64,000 bases of DNA from Halobacteriaceae archaeon (GTDB lineage: Archaea; Halobacteriota; Halobacteria; Halobacteriales; Halobacteriaceae): the NCBI GenBank assembly GCA_042216675.1, contig JBDGTS010000020.1:1-64000 (forward strand), given 5' to 3'. The notes below the pieces were generated by a model. The model was given only the letters and a program-made list of their open reading frames with translations. It was not told where the DNA came from and ran no database searches. Position numbers and translations under genes: made by a program. This document shows positions 37,051-46,841 of this stretch, piece after piece (the first letter of the stretch is position 1; every line of letters begins with the position of its first letter).

Positions 37051-37125
37051 CAACGTTTATCCCTTTAAAGAAGTAGTTCGTGGCGTGTATTGAGATGAAA
37101 GTGGCCGTTCGGAACACGAGTTCCG
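37051..37125 (+). promoter_or_regulatory. Nitrite reductase promoter region: TATA-like boxes plus palindrome CGGAAC-ACGA-GTTCCG (GGAA-N6-TTCC, NrpR-operator-like)
   Basis: TTTAT at 37056 and TTTAAA at 37064; perfect 6-bp inverted repeat at 37110-37125. Confidence 0.55.
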
Positions 37126-37159
37126 GTATTGCGGTACAAACGTCTACTGAGTGGTCAGC

Positions 37160-38920
37160 ATGGTGAACAAAAAGGAAGAGCAGAAGGCGGAACTGTACGG
37201 CGACGAGGTGCGGGAGAAACTCGTCGAGTTCGCGGAGCGGGGGTGGGAGTCCATCCCCGACGGCGAGAAGGAGGAGTGGTTCACCCGGTTCAAGTTCTGG
37301 GGAGTCTTCCACCACCGCTCCGGGCAGGAGAGCTACTTCATGATGCGGTTGGCCAACGTCAACGGCCAACTGAACGCCGAGCAACTGTGCGCCATCGGCG
37401 AGGTGGCACGCGACTACGCCACCGGCCCCGTGGAGAACCCCGAGTTCGGCAACGGCTGGATCGACCTCACGACGCGCCAGTCGATTCAGCTCCACTGGCT
37501 CAAACTCGAACACGTGCCCGAAATCTGGGACACACTCGAACCGCTGGGCGTGACGAGTCGCTCCGCGGGGGGCGACACGATGCGCAACATCACCGGCTGT
37601 CCCGTCGCGGGCCGCGACAAACACGAGTTCGTCAACTCCCAGCCGGTTCTGGACCACATCCAGACCGAACTGCGCGACGACGACGCCTTCGCCAACATGC
37701 CCCGGAAGTACAACATCAGCGTCACCGGGTGTAGACAGGGCTGTGCGCAGGACTCCATCAACGGCATCGGCCTCGAACCCGCCGAGAAGACCATCGACGG
37801 CGAGACGGTCCGGGGCTTCAACGTCCGCGTCGGCGGCGGTCTGGGCGGTCGCGAAGCGCGCGAGGCCCGCCCGCTCGACGTGTTCGTCCGGCCGGAACGC
37901 GGCTACGACGTGGTGAAGGCCTTCACCCAGCTGTACCACGACGAGGGCAACCGCGAGAACCGCCAGAAGAACCGCACCCGGTTCTTCGTCGACGAGTGGG
38001 GCACCGACCTCATCCGCGAGAAACTACAGGACGACTACGTCGACTTCGAGTTGAAGCGCGCGGGCGACGACCTACGCGAGGAGTACACGTACAACTCCGG
38101 CGGCCCGAACGAGACGGACCACGTCGGGGTCCACGAGCAACACGACGGCCGCAACTACGTCGGCCTGAGCGTCCCCATCGGCCGACTCCCCGCCGAGGAC
38201 GCCATCGCCATCGCGGACCTCGCCGAGGAGTACGGCTCCGGCGAGATTCGGCTCACCCGGCGCCAGAACCCCATCATCCTCGACGTGCCCGACGATGAAC
38301 TCGACGCCCTGCTCGACGCGCCGGTGCTGGAGACGCACACGCCCGAACCCAACCCCTTCGAGCGCGGGACCATGGCCTGCACGGGCACGGAGTTCTGCTC
38401 CATCGCCCTCGCGGAGACGAAGACCCGGACCGCGCGGATGCTCCGCTGGCTCCGGGACAACGCCGACGTGCCCGACGACGTGGACAAGATCAAGATTCAC
38501 TTCTCGGGCTGTACCGCCGACTGCGGGCAGGCGATGACCGCCGACATCGGCCTGCAGGGGATGCGAGCCCGCAAGGACGGCCAGATGGTCGAAGCCCTCG
38601 ACATCGGCGTCGGCGGCGGCGTCGGCGAGGACCCCTCGTTCGTGGACTTCATCCAGCAACGGGTGCCCGCCGACGAGGTGCCCGGCGCCATCAGGAATCT
38701 CCTCGACGCCTTCGGCGAGGAGCGACGCGCGGGCGAGACGTTCCGCGAGTGGACCGAGCGCACGGACACCGAGGCGCTGGCCGAGTTCGCCACGCCCGAG
38801 GAGACGACGTACGAGGACCCGTGTCTCGGCGACGCGAAGCAGTCGTGGTACCCATTCGCCGACGGCGAGAGCCCCGCGCCGACGACTGTCGACGGCACCC
38901 CGATCCCGAGCGACGACTGA
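37160..38920 (+). CDS. nasD: Ferredoxin-dependent assimilatory nitrite reductase (siroheme/4Fe-4S)
   Basis: DLTTRQSIQLH, RNITGCP, PRKYN, ACTGTEFC, SGCTADC; directly upstream of the nitrate reductase. Confidence 0.85.
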   Translation: MVNKKEEQKAELYGDEVREKLVEFAERGWESIPDGEKEEWFTRFKFWGVFHHRSGQESYFMMRLANVNGQLNAEQLCAIGEVARDYATGPVENPEFGNGWIDLTTRQSIQLHWLKLEHVPEIWDTLEPLGVTSRSAGGDTMRNITGCPVAGRDKHEFVNSQPVLDHIQTELRDDDAFANMPRKYNISVTGCRQGCAQDSINGIGLEPAEKTIDGETVRGFNVRVGGGLGGREAREARPLDVFVRPERGYDVVKAFTQLYHDEGNRENRQKNRTRFFVDEWGTDLIREKLQDDYVDFELKRAGDDLREEYTYNSGGPNETDHVGVHEQHDGRNYVGLSVPIGRLPAEDAIAIADLAEEYGSGEIRLTRRQNPIILDVPDDELDALLDAPVLETHTPEPNPFERGTMACTGTEFCSIALAETKTRTARMLRWLRDNADVPDDVDKIKIHFSGCTADCGQAMTADIGLQGMRARKDGQMVEALDIGVGGGVGEDPSFVDFIQQRVPADEVPGAIRNLLDAFGEERRAGETFREWTERTDTEALAEFATPEETTYEDPCLGDAKQSWYPFADGESPAPTTVDGTPIPSDD

Positions 38921-39192
38921 TGGGTGCGAACCGCCGGATCCTCGACGCGATGGCGCACACGACGTTCGCGCACGTCGACGCGACCGCGGTGGGCCACGAC
39001 TGGACCGACGAGTCCGCCGCGGTCCTCGACGTGGCCGGGACGGACGACGGCGCAGGCGTCACCCTCGAACTCGAACTCGACGGGCGCTCGCTGGACCGCG
39101 TGGCCCACCACGCCGACCGCGTCTCGCTGACGAACGACCAAGCACGCACGCTCGCGGCGGCGCTCGAATCCGCCGCCGACGACGGCGACTGA
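38920..39192 (+). CDS. Small conserved protein coupled to the nitrite reductase (DUF6360-like)
   Basis: TGATG overlap; AHTTF...GHDWTDES.AVLDV...HHADRVSL...ARTLAAALE. Confidence 0.65.
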   Translation: MGANRRILDAMAHTTFAHVDATAVGHDWTDESAAVLDVAGTDDGAGVTLELELDGRSLDRVAHHADRVSLTNDQARTLAAALESAADDGD

Positions 39193-39318
39193 CACTTCAG
39201 GACGATGACCGACGACACCGACCCCGACGACGAGTACAGCGCCGAAACCGACCCCCTGCCGCCTGCCGACCCACCAGCGACGCATGACCACCGGCACCGC
39301 TGAACGGGGTGGGCGCGC

Positions 39319-41382
39319 GTGAGCAACTGGGTGCCGACCACCTGTATGCGGTGTGCCGTCGGCTGCGGCCACCGGCAACGCGGCGTCGACGTGGGCTACG
39401 GCCTCGACTCGGTGAGCGGCGACCCCGCGCATCCGGTCAATCAGGGCCTCGCCTGCGGCCGCGGCGTCAGCGAGACGGCCGACCCGGAGGGGGAGTTCCT
39501 CACGCGGCCGCTGGTCCGCCGCGGCGACGAACTCGTCTCGACGACGTGGGACCTCGCGTTCGCCCGCGTCGTCGAGGCGTTCCGGGACGCCCTCGAACCG
39601 ACGGGCGACGGCGTCGCGGTCCTCGGGAGCGGCCAGCAGACCAACGAGGCGGCGTACGCGCTGGGCAAACTCGCGCGCGGCGGCTTCGGGACGCGCTACT
39701 ACGACGCCAACACGACGCTCTGCATGGCGAGCGCCGTCACCGCCTACTACGACGCCTTCGGGAGCGACGCGCCGCCGCCCACGTACGAGGACATCCCGGA
39801 CGCAAAGCGACACGTCGTCTGGGGCGCGAACCCCGCCGTCGCACACCCGGTCATGTTCCGGTGGATAGCCGACAGCGCCGGCGACGACGACAGCGAGATG
39901 GTCGTCGTGGACCCCGTGCGCACCGAGACGGCGGAAGTCGCCGCACACCACGTCCAACCGGCCCCCGGCGGCGACCTCGATCTGGCGCGGGCGGTCCTCG
40001 CCCGAGTCGTCGAGACGGACCGCGTGGACGAGTCGTTCGTCGCGGCCAACACCACCGGTTTCGACGCCCTCGTCGCCGACTTGCCCAACGCCCGGGTCGC
40101 CGCCGACGCCGCGGGCGTCTCGATGGCGGACGTGGATGTGATCGCGGACGCACTCGATCACCCGACGCTCATCTACTGGGGGATGGGCGTCAACCAGAGC
40201 ACGCAGGGCACCGACACCGCGGGCGCGCTCGTCGACTGCTGTCTCGCGACGGGGAACATGGGGCCCGGCACCGGGCCGTTCTCGCTGACGGGACAGGCGA
40301 ACTCGATGGGGACCCGGGTCTGCTCCTCGAAGGGGTCGTGGCCCGGCCACCGCGACTTCGGCGACCCCGAGGAGCGGAAGACGGTGGCGGCGGCGTGGGA
40401 CGTGCCGGTCGAGCGACTGCCCGACGACCCCGGCCCGGGACCGGTCGGCATCCTCGACGCCATCGAGGACGGCCCCGTCGAGGCCGTCTACGCCGTGGCG
40501 ACGAACCCCGTCGCCGGCATGCCGGACGCGACGGCCGCGGCCGAGCGACTAGACGACGCGTTCCTCGTCCTGCAGGACGCCTTCCGCACGGAGACCGTCG
40601 AGAGGGCGGACGTGGTGTTCCCGGCCGCGACGTGGGGCGAGTCCGAGGGCACGACGATGAACATGGAGCGCACCGTCTCGCGAGTCCGCGCGGCCACGGA
40701 CACCCCCAGCGGCGTCCGGACGGACCTCGACCTCATCACGACGCTGGGCGACCGCCTCGCCGACGACCTGTTCGACGGCGTCACGGCGCCAGCCGCGGTG
40801 TTCGACGAGTTCGCCGCGCTCACCGCGGGGACGGTGGCCGACTGCTCGGGCATCAGCCACGCCCGCCTCGACGAGGAACACGCCGTCCGCTGGCCCGCGC
40901 CGGACGCCGACGCGAACGCCGGCTACCGCTACCACGACGACGGCGACTGGTCGTTCCCGACGCCCTCCGGGCGCGCCCGCTTCGCCGGCGGCACCGGCAA
41001 CGGTCTGCCGGAACCCCCGGACGGGGAGTACCCGCTGACGCTCACGACGGGGCGCGAGGCCGGCGGCTACAACACCGGCGTTCGGTCGCGCGGCCCGCCC
41101 GAGGACCCCCCGACGCTCGTCGCGCGGGTTCACCCCGAAACGCTCGACGCGCACCAGAGCACCCTCACCGCCGCCGAGGACGCCGTGTTCGGCCGCGTCG
41201 AGTCCCGCCGGGGCAGTGCCGGCGCCGAGTTCGAGGCCGACGCCGCCGTCCCCGAGGGCGTCGTCTGGCTCCCCATCCACCACCCGGCCACGAACGACCT
41301 GACGATTCCGGCGACGGACCCCCGCTCCGACGAACCGAACTTCAAGCAGTGCGCCGTCCGCATCGCGCCCGTCGATGCGTGA
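39319..41382 (+). CDS. nasA: Assimilatory nitrate reductase (Mo-bisMGD, 4Fe-4S)
   Basis: CMRCAVGC...LACGRG, DANTTLCMASAV, WGMGVNQS, LTGQAN, TDPRSDEPNFKQCAV. Confidence 0.92.
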   Translation: MSNWVPTTCMRCAVGCGHRQRGVDVGYGLDSVSGDPAHPVNQGLACGRGVSETADPEGEFLTRPLVRRGDELVSTTWDLAFARVVEAFRDALEPTGDGVAVLGSGQQTNEAAYALGKLARGGFGTRYYDANTTLCMASAVTAYYDAFGSDAPPPTYEDIPDAKRHVVWGANPAVAHPVMFRWIADSAGDDDSEMVVVDPVRTETAEVAAHHVQPAPGGDLDLARAVLARVVETDRVDESFVAANTTGFDALVADLPNARVAADAAGVSMADVDVIADALDHPTLIYWGMGVNQSTQGTDTAGALVDCCLATGNMGPGTGPFSLTGQANSMGTRVCSSKGSWPGHRDFGDPEERKTVAAAWDVPVERLPDDPGPGPVGILDAIEDGPVEAVYAVATNPVAGMPDATAAAERLDDAFLVLQDAFRTETVERADVVFPAATWGESEGTTMNMERTVSRVRAATDTPSGVRTDLDLITTLGDRLADDLFDGVTAPAAVFDEFAALTAGTVADCSGISHARLDEEHAVRWPAPDADANAGYRYHDDGDWSFPTPSGRARFAGGTGNGLPEPPDGEYPLTLTTGREAGGYNTGVRSRGPPEDPPTLVARVHPETLDAHQSTLTAAEDAVFGRVESRRGSAGAEFEADAAVPEGVVWLPIHHPATNDLTIPATDPRSDEPNFKQCAVRIAPVDA

Positions 41383-42082
41383 CGTGACGCGAACGGGGGT
41401 GGTCCTCGCCGGCGGGCGCGCCACCCGCTTCGGCGACGCCGACAAGGCGGTGGTCGCCCTCGACGGGACGCCGCTGGTGGCCCGCGTCGCGGACCGCCTC
41501 GCGCCCGTCGTCGACGAACTCGTCGTGAACTGCCGGCGCGAGCAGGCGTCCGCGATTCGGTCGGCGCTCGGGCCGCGGGACTACCGCATCGCTACCGACC
41601 CGGTACCGGACAGGGGCCCCGTCGCGGGTCTGCGGACCGGTCTGCGCGTCGCCCGCGGGTGGACGGCGGCCGTCGCGGCGTGTGACCTCCCGGCGCTCGA
41701 CCCGGCGTTCCTCGACTCACTGTTCGCCGACGCGCGGGGCGAGTCGGGCGTGGTGCCGGTCGTCGAGGGCCACCGCCAACCGCTCGCGGCGGTGTACCGC
41801 GTCGTCCCGACCGTCGAAGCGTGCGACGCGACGATGGCGACGGGGGCGCGGAGCCTCCGCGCCATGCTGGACCACCTCGACCCCCGCGAGGTTCCCGAGG
41901 CGACGGTGCGCGAGCGGACGGCGCCCGCGACGTTCTGCAACGTCAATCGCCGCGAAGACCTGATGCGGGCGCGGCGAGCGGTGGGGCTGACCGCCGCGAG
42001 GCCGTCGAACCACAATACTCTTGCTCGCGCCCGCGCCCCCAGCGCGTATGTCACGCGCACCGCCCGCGGCGACGGCGAGTGA
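41375..42082 (+). CDS. mobA: Molybdenum cofactor guanylyltransferase
   Basis: VVLAGGRATRFG.DK, DRGPVAGL, ACDLP, QPLAAVY, NVNRREDL. Confidence 0.9.
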   Translation: MRDVTRTGVVLAGGRATRFGDADKAVVALDGTPLVARVADRLAPVVDELVVNCRREQASAIRSALGPRDYRIATDPVPDRGPVAGLRTGLRVARGWTAAVAACDLPALDPAFLDSLFADARGESGVVPVVEGHRQPLAAVYRVVPTVEACDATMATGARSLRAMLDHLDPREVPEATVRERTAPATFCNVNRREDLMRARRAVGLTAARPSNHNTLARARAPSAYVTRTARGDGE

Positions 42083-42947
42083 GGCCTACGTCCTCTCCTA
42101 CTTCCGCACTGAGGCCGAGGCGCTGCACCTCGCGGTCAGCGACGACGGGTACGACTTCACGGCGCTGAACGGCGGCGACGCCGTCCTCGAAAGCGACGTG
42201 GGCGCCGAGAGCATCCGCGACCCGTTCCTGTACGACGACGGCGAGCGCTTCCACCTGCTCGGCACCGACGGCTGGCACAGCGACCACGTGGTCCACGCCA
42301 CCTCCCCGGACCTCGTGGCGTGGTCGGCCCCCGAGCGCCTGCCGGTGATGGCCGACGTCGAAGGGACGCTCAACACGTGGGCGCCAGAGTGCTACTACGA
42401 CCGCGAGGCGGGCGTCACGCGCCTGCTCTGGTCCTCGACGGTGGGAGCGGGCGAGGCGCCCGACGACCCGGCAGAGCAGGCGGCCTACGACCACCGCATC
42501 TGGGCGGCGGAGACGACGGACTTCGAGTCGTTCACCGACCCCGAGGTGTTTCTGGACCCCGGCTTCAACGTCATCGACGCCACCGTCGCGCGCCACGACG
42601 GCGAGTATCTGCTCGCGGTGAAAGACGAACGCGGCGCGAACACCGTCGACACCGACCACAAGGACGTGGCCATCGGGCGCGCCGAGACGGGGCGCGGCCC
42701 GTTCACGCCCCTCTCGGACCCGGTGACGCCTGCGCCCGTCGAGGGGCCGACGCTCTACCGCGCCGACGGCGAGTGGCTGCTGCTCTACGACCACTTCATC
42801 GAGGGGGACTACGGCGCCTCGCGCTCTCCCGACGGTGAGGCGTGGGAGCGAGCGGACGACGCGGTGTCCGTCCCCGAGGGCGTCCGGCACGGGAGCGTGA
42901 TGGGCGTCGAACGCGGCGTCGTCGAGAGCCTTCGGGACGCCCTGTAG
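42048..42947 (+). CDS. Glycoside hydrolase family 43 (cytoplasmic)
   Basis: IRDPF, TWAPE, VIDAT, VEGP, RHGSV beta-propeller motifs. Confidence 0.82.
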   Translation: MSRAPPAATASEAYVLSYFRTEAEALHLAVSDDGYDFTALNGGDAVLESDVGAESIRDPFLYDDGERFHLLGTDGWHSDHVVHATSPDLVAWSAPERLPVMADVEGTLNTWAPECYYDREAGVTRLLWSSTVGAGEAPDDPAEQAAYDHRIWAAETTDFESFTDPEVFLDPGFNVIDATVARHDGEYLLAVKDERGANTVDTDHKDVAIGRAETGRGPFTPLSDPVTPAPVEGPTLYRADGEWLLLYDHFIEGDYGASRSPDGEAWERADDAVSVPEGVRHGSVMGVERGVVESLRDAL

Positions 42948-42984
42948 CCCAAACGTTTTAGCACCCGGGCCGACGGGGAGTCAC

Positions 42985-44238
42985 ATGGTTGACACGCTCG
43001 ACAGGCGGGCCCTCCTCGCGTCGGTCGGTGCCGGCGCTCTCGGCGCCGCCGGTCTGACCGGCCTCGCGGCCGGCGACGACGCCGACGACCACTACCACAA
43101 CCCGGTCGGCCCCATCGGCTTCGGCGACGTGTCGGTGATACAGGCCGACGACGGCACGTACTACGCCTACGGCACCGAGACGCCGAAGGACATCGTGCCC
43201 GTCGCGCGCTCGGAGAACCTCGTGGACTGGGAGTACGTGACCCAAGCGCTCCAGCGCAACCCCGACTGGCGTAGCGACGACGCGGGCGTCTGGGCGCCGG
43301 ACATCAACCGCTACGACGGCCAGTACCACCTCTACTACTCCTACTCGAAATGGGGGAGCAACGAGAACCCCGGCATCGGCCTCGCGACAGCGGACTCGCC
43401 CACCGGCCCGTTCGAGGATCAGGGACCGGTGTTTCGGGAGCAGGACCTCGGGATGACGAACGCCATCGACCCGGACCTCAACGTCGTCGACGGCACGCCG
43501 TACATGATCTGGGGGAGTTGGAACGGCATCAACGGCATCGAACTGACGGCCGCGGCCGACGACTACGTCGAGGGGTCGGCGTTCGAACTGGCGGGCAACC
43601 ACCGCGAGGGACCGATGGTCGTCGAGGAGGGGGGCTACTACTACCTGTTCTACTCGACGGGCCACTGCTGTGAGGGGTACGCCAGCACCTACGAGGTGGA
43701 GGTGGGCCGCTCGGAGTCGTTCACCGGCCCGTACGTCACCCGCGACGGGACGGACCTGCGGGACCTCCACGCCCACGGCTCCGGGCAGACGGTGCTCACC
43801 GCGACGGACCGGTTCACCGGCCCGGGGCACAACACCGCCATCCGCGACGAGAGCGGCGACTGGTGGATGCTGTACCACGTCGAGGCCACCGAGGCGCGGG
43901 AGGTGCGGACGATGATGCTCGACCGCATCCAGTTCGAGGACGGGTGGCCCGTCGTCGCCTGCAACGGGCATCCCAGCGCCAGCAGTCCGGTGCCGAGCGC
44001 CGAGTTCAGTTGCGACGCGGCCACGTTCGAGAGTAGCGTCTCCGAGGCGACGGCCACGACCACGGCCACGGAGGCGGCGACGGCCACCGACTCGCCGACG
44101 CGGACCCGGACGGCCACCGCGACGCCGACGGCCACCGGGTCGGAGTCGGGCGGCGTCGCCGGCCCGGGGATTCTCGGGAGCGTCGCGGCGCTCGGGGCGG
44201 CGGCCGCGGGCGCGCTCTACGGCCGGCGCGACGACTAA
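42985..44238 (+). CDS. GH43 (arabinanase-like) with Tat signal, Thr-rich linker and C-terminal anchor
   Basis: DRRALL Tat motif; GDVS, WAPD, AIDPD, EGP, GPGHN; C-terminus GPGILGSVAALGAAAAGALYGRRDD. Confidence 0.85.
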   Translation: MVDTLDRRALLASVGAGALGAAGLTGLAAGDDADDHYHNPVGPIGFGDVSVIQADDGTYYAYGTETPKDIVPVARSENLVDWEYVTQALQRNPDWRSDDAGVWAPDINRYDGQYHLYYSYSKWGSNENPGIGLATADSPTGPFEDQGPVFREQDLGMTNAIDPDLNVVDGTPYMIWGSWNGINGIELTAAADDYVEGSAFELAGNHREGPMVVEEGGYYYLFYSTGHCCEGYASTYEVEVGRSESFTGPYVTRDGTDLRDLHAHGSGQTVLTATDRFTGPGHNTAIRDESGDWWMLYHVEATEAREVRTMMLDRIQFEDGWPVVACNGHPSASSPVPSAEFSCDAATFESSVSEATATTTATEAATATDSPTRTRTATATPTATGSESGGVAGPGILGSVAALGAAAAGALYGRRDD

Positions 44239-44639
44239 AACGGATTTTCGACCGCCGTCTCGGTGAGACGGACCGCCCCCTCGTCCGTCGCGTCCGCCAC
44301 GGCGCCTTTGTCGCGGAGGAGAAAGGCGTTGTAGCCGTCGACGGTCCGCTGTGCCACCGAGTCCGCGAAGATGTCGTCGGGGTGGGCGGTGTACTGCTCC
44401 ACGAGGACGACGAACTCCGGAACGGGCGCCTCGACGAGGGCGTAGCCTTCGTCGGCGAGAAACGAGGCGACGGCCGGGAACTCGGGGGCGGGGACGGCGA
44501 AGCGGTACTGGCTGTGCTCGTAGAACGGCCGCAGGCGGGCGAACACGTCGTCGCCCTCGAAGTAGTGCTTGAAGAGGTAGCGCTCGCCGACGGCGAAGGC
44601 GTTCACCCGGCGTTCGCTCGCGCGGTGGAACTCCGCCAT
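44235..44639 (-). CDS. Conserved haloarchaeal hypothetical protein
   Basis: VNAF...YLFKHYFEGDDVF..L..FY...QYRF; coherent codon usage. Confidence 0.65.
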   Translation of the reverse strand: MAEFHRASERRVNAFAVGERYLFKHYFEGDDVFARLRPFYEHSQYRFAVPAPEFPAVASFLADEGYALVEAPVPEFVVLVEQYTAHPDDIFADSVAQRTVDGYNAFLLRDKGAVADATDEGAVRLTETAVENPF

Positions 44640-44676
44640 TCCCCGTCCACGGGTGACAGTACGAGGGCCGGGGTGT

Positions 44677-46779
44677 TCAATCTTCGGCGCGTTCGAACGC
44701 GACGCGGACGAATCCGAACCGCGGCACCGTCACCTCGGCCGCGCCGTCGCGGACGGCGACGGACTCGGACTCGGGGACGACGGCCTCGGGGTCGTCGTGG
44801 CTGTTGTGCGCCGCCATCGAGTCGCCCGTGAGCGTCGTCACCGTCGCCTCCGACGCCGGGTCGAAGCCGTCGCCGACGGCGACTGTCACGGGCCGGTCGT
44901 CGGCCGTCGCGTCACGATGCACGAGGTCGACGGAGAGCGTGTCGCCGTCGCGAACGGCGATGGGGTCGAGGACCGGCACGTCGGAGACGGCGTCGAGACT
45001 GCCGAAGAGGTCCATCGTGTCCGCGGCGAACCCGGCGTCGGTGTCGTACGTCGGGCACGCGAGGTCCACGCCGAGCGGTGTGCCGCCGGCGACGTCGGCG
45101 CCGAGGCGATGGTAGTGGAGCACCGGGTCCGCGCGGACGCGGGCCTTCTCCGACCGGAGGCCGCCGCCGTGGTTGCCGACGCCGGAGTGCGTGATGATGG
45201 GGACCCGCCCCGCCGAGCGGACGGCCTCGTGGACGAACGTCGCGGCGTAGAGGGCCTCCGCGATGCCGTCGCTCCGTGGCAGTTCGTCGTGGTCGCGGCC
45301 CTCGCCGGGACGCGCGAACAGTTGGAGTTCGGTGATAGCGATGCGGAGGTCCGGCACGCCCGCGGCCGCCATCTCCGCGGCCACGTCCTCGTACTCGTCG
45401 AAGACGCGGGGCGCGAGGCCCATGTAGTCGTTGAACAGAGCCGTCAGGTCGTCGTCGGCGTCCACCTCGTCGCCGACGAGGACGTGGTCGGTGAGGTAGT
45501 CGATGCGGTCGGGCGCCGCGTCGAGGACCGGGCCGTTCCAGTCCGTGAGGCGATTGCCACAGGCCAGCACCTCGATAGACGGGTCGGCGTCGGTCATCGC
45601 GTCGTGGAACCGGTCGTACCGGTCGGCGTACCCCTCGGGCGTGGTCCACGTCGTCTGCCACGGGCCGTACACCTCGTTGCCCACCTCCCAGTACGTCACG
45701 TCCCACGGGTCGGGGTGGCCGTGTTCGGCGCGGAGCGCCCCCATCTCCGTGTCGGTGTCGCCGGTGACGTACTCCACCCAGTCGCCGGCCTCGGCGGCGG
45801 CCCCGTCGCCGGCGTTGACGCAAATCATCGGCTCGCAGCCCACCCGCTCACAGAGGTCGAGGAACTCCGCCGTGCCGACGAAGTTGGTTTCGAGGCCGTC
45901 CCACGCGGGGTTCGGGCGCGTCGGTCGCTCAGCGAATGGGCCGACGCCGTCGCGCCAGTCGTAGCCCGAGACGAAGTTGCCGCCGGGCCACCGGAACAGG
46001 GGGAGGGCGGCGTCCCGCAGGGCGTCCACGACCGCCGGGTCGAGGCCGTCGCGGTGGTCGTCGGGCAGGAGGCGAACGTGGTCGAGGACGAGATTGACGC
46101 CGCCCGGTGCGGTCACCGAGAGTCCGTAGAGTGCGTCGGGGTCCGTCCCCCCGGGGAGCGAGAGGGCACCGTCGCCGACGGTCCAGTCGTCGCCGATTTC
46201 GAGCGTGTCGGTCGAGAACGGGTCGCCGAGCGTTCCGTCGTCCGCGACGGGGTGGAGGGCCACGCGGAGCGTCGCGCCGTTGCGGGCGCGGGCGGCGACG
46301 TCGACCTCGAAGTCGCGGATCCGCCGCGCGGGGAGGTGACACCACTGCGCGACGCCGGCCCGGTCGCCGGCCGTCTCGACGCGTTGAGCGCGGTCCCCGG
46401 CGCGGCCCACGTCGGGGCTGGCCGTCACGTCGCCCACCGGGAGCCACCAGAGGGCGAGGCCGTCGCGGTAGGCCGCCAGCATCCGGTCGTCGTCGGGGAA
46501 GTCCCGCGCGTCGGCGTAGTCGGCGACGCGTTCGGCGACCGTCTCCGCGTCGTGCGTCGCGGGCCGGCCGCCGTCGACGGTGGGCGAGCGCACCTGAAAC
46601 TTCCACGACCCGAAAGTGGGGTTGTGGAGAGCGCCCGCGCCGAGCGCGTTTCGGGCGTTGCGGGCCGTGTAGAGGTGTTCACCGAACTTCCCGAACAGCC
46701 GCGGGTCGACGGCCGGTGAGCAGGCGGCCGTCGGGCGCACCGTGACGCGGGCGGCGTCGGCCTCGGTGTGGTCGAGCAC
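44677..46779 (-). CDS. Alpha-L-arabinofuranosidase (GH51) with N-terminal insertion domain
   Basis: LFGKFGEHL, RWPGGNFVSGYDW.DGVGP, GTAEF, WEVGNE, AITE; start uncertain. Confidence 0.85.
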   Translation of the reverse strand: MLDHTEADAARVTVRPTAACSPAVDPRLFGKFGEHLYTARNARNALGAGALHNPTFGSWKFQVRSPTVDGGRPATHDAETVAERVADYADARDFPDDDRMLAAYRDGLALWWLPVGDVTASPDVGRAGDRAQRVETAGDRAGVAQWCHLPARRIRDFEVDVAARARNGATLRVALHPVADDGTLGDPFSTDTLEIGDDWTVGDGALSLPGGTDPDALYGLSVTAPGGVNLVLDHVRLLPDDHRDGLDPAVVDALRDAALPLFRWPGGNFVSGYDWRDGVGPFAERPTRPNPAWDGLETNFVGTAEFLDLCERVGCEPMICVNAGDGAAAEAGDWVEYVTGDTDTEMGALRAEHGHPDPWDVTYWEVGNEVYGPWQTTWTTPEGYADRYDRFHDAMTDADPSIEVLACGNRLTDWNGPVLDAAPDRIDYLTDHVLVGDEVDADDDLTALFNDYMGLAPRVFDEYEDVAAEMAAAGVPDLRIAITELQLFARPGEGRDHDELPRSDGIAEALYAATFVHEAVRSAGRVPIITHSGVGNHGGGLRSEKARVRADPVLHYHRLGADVAGGTPLGVDLACPTYDTDAGFAADTMDLFGSLDAVSDVPVLDPIAVRDGDTLSVDLVHRDATADDRPVTVAVGDGFDPASEATVTTLTGDSMAAHNSHDDPEAVVPESESVAVRDGAAEVTVPRFGFVRVAFERAED

Positions 46780-46841
46780 GGTCCCGAGAGCGCGGGGCGG
46801 GGGCAAATAGGTGTCGCCGGTGAACGGGATACGGGGACCAG

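Noticed and set aside
44040-44140. Tandem ACGGCC-like repeat
   Set aside because: It encodes the Thr/Ala linker of the secreted GH43; not an independent element.
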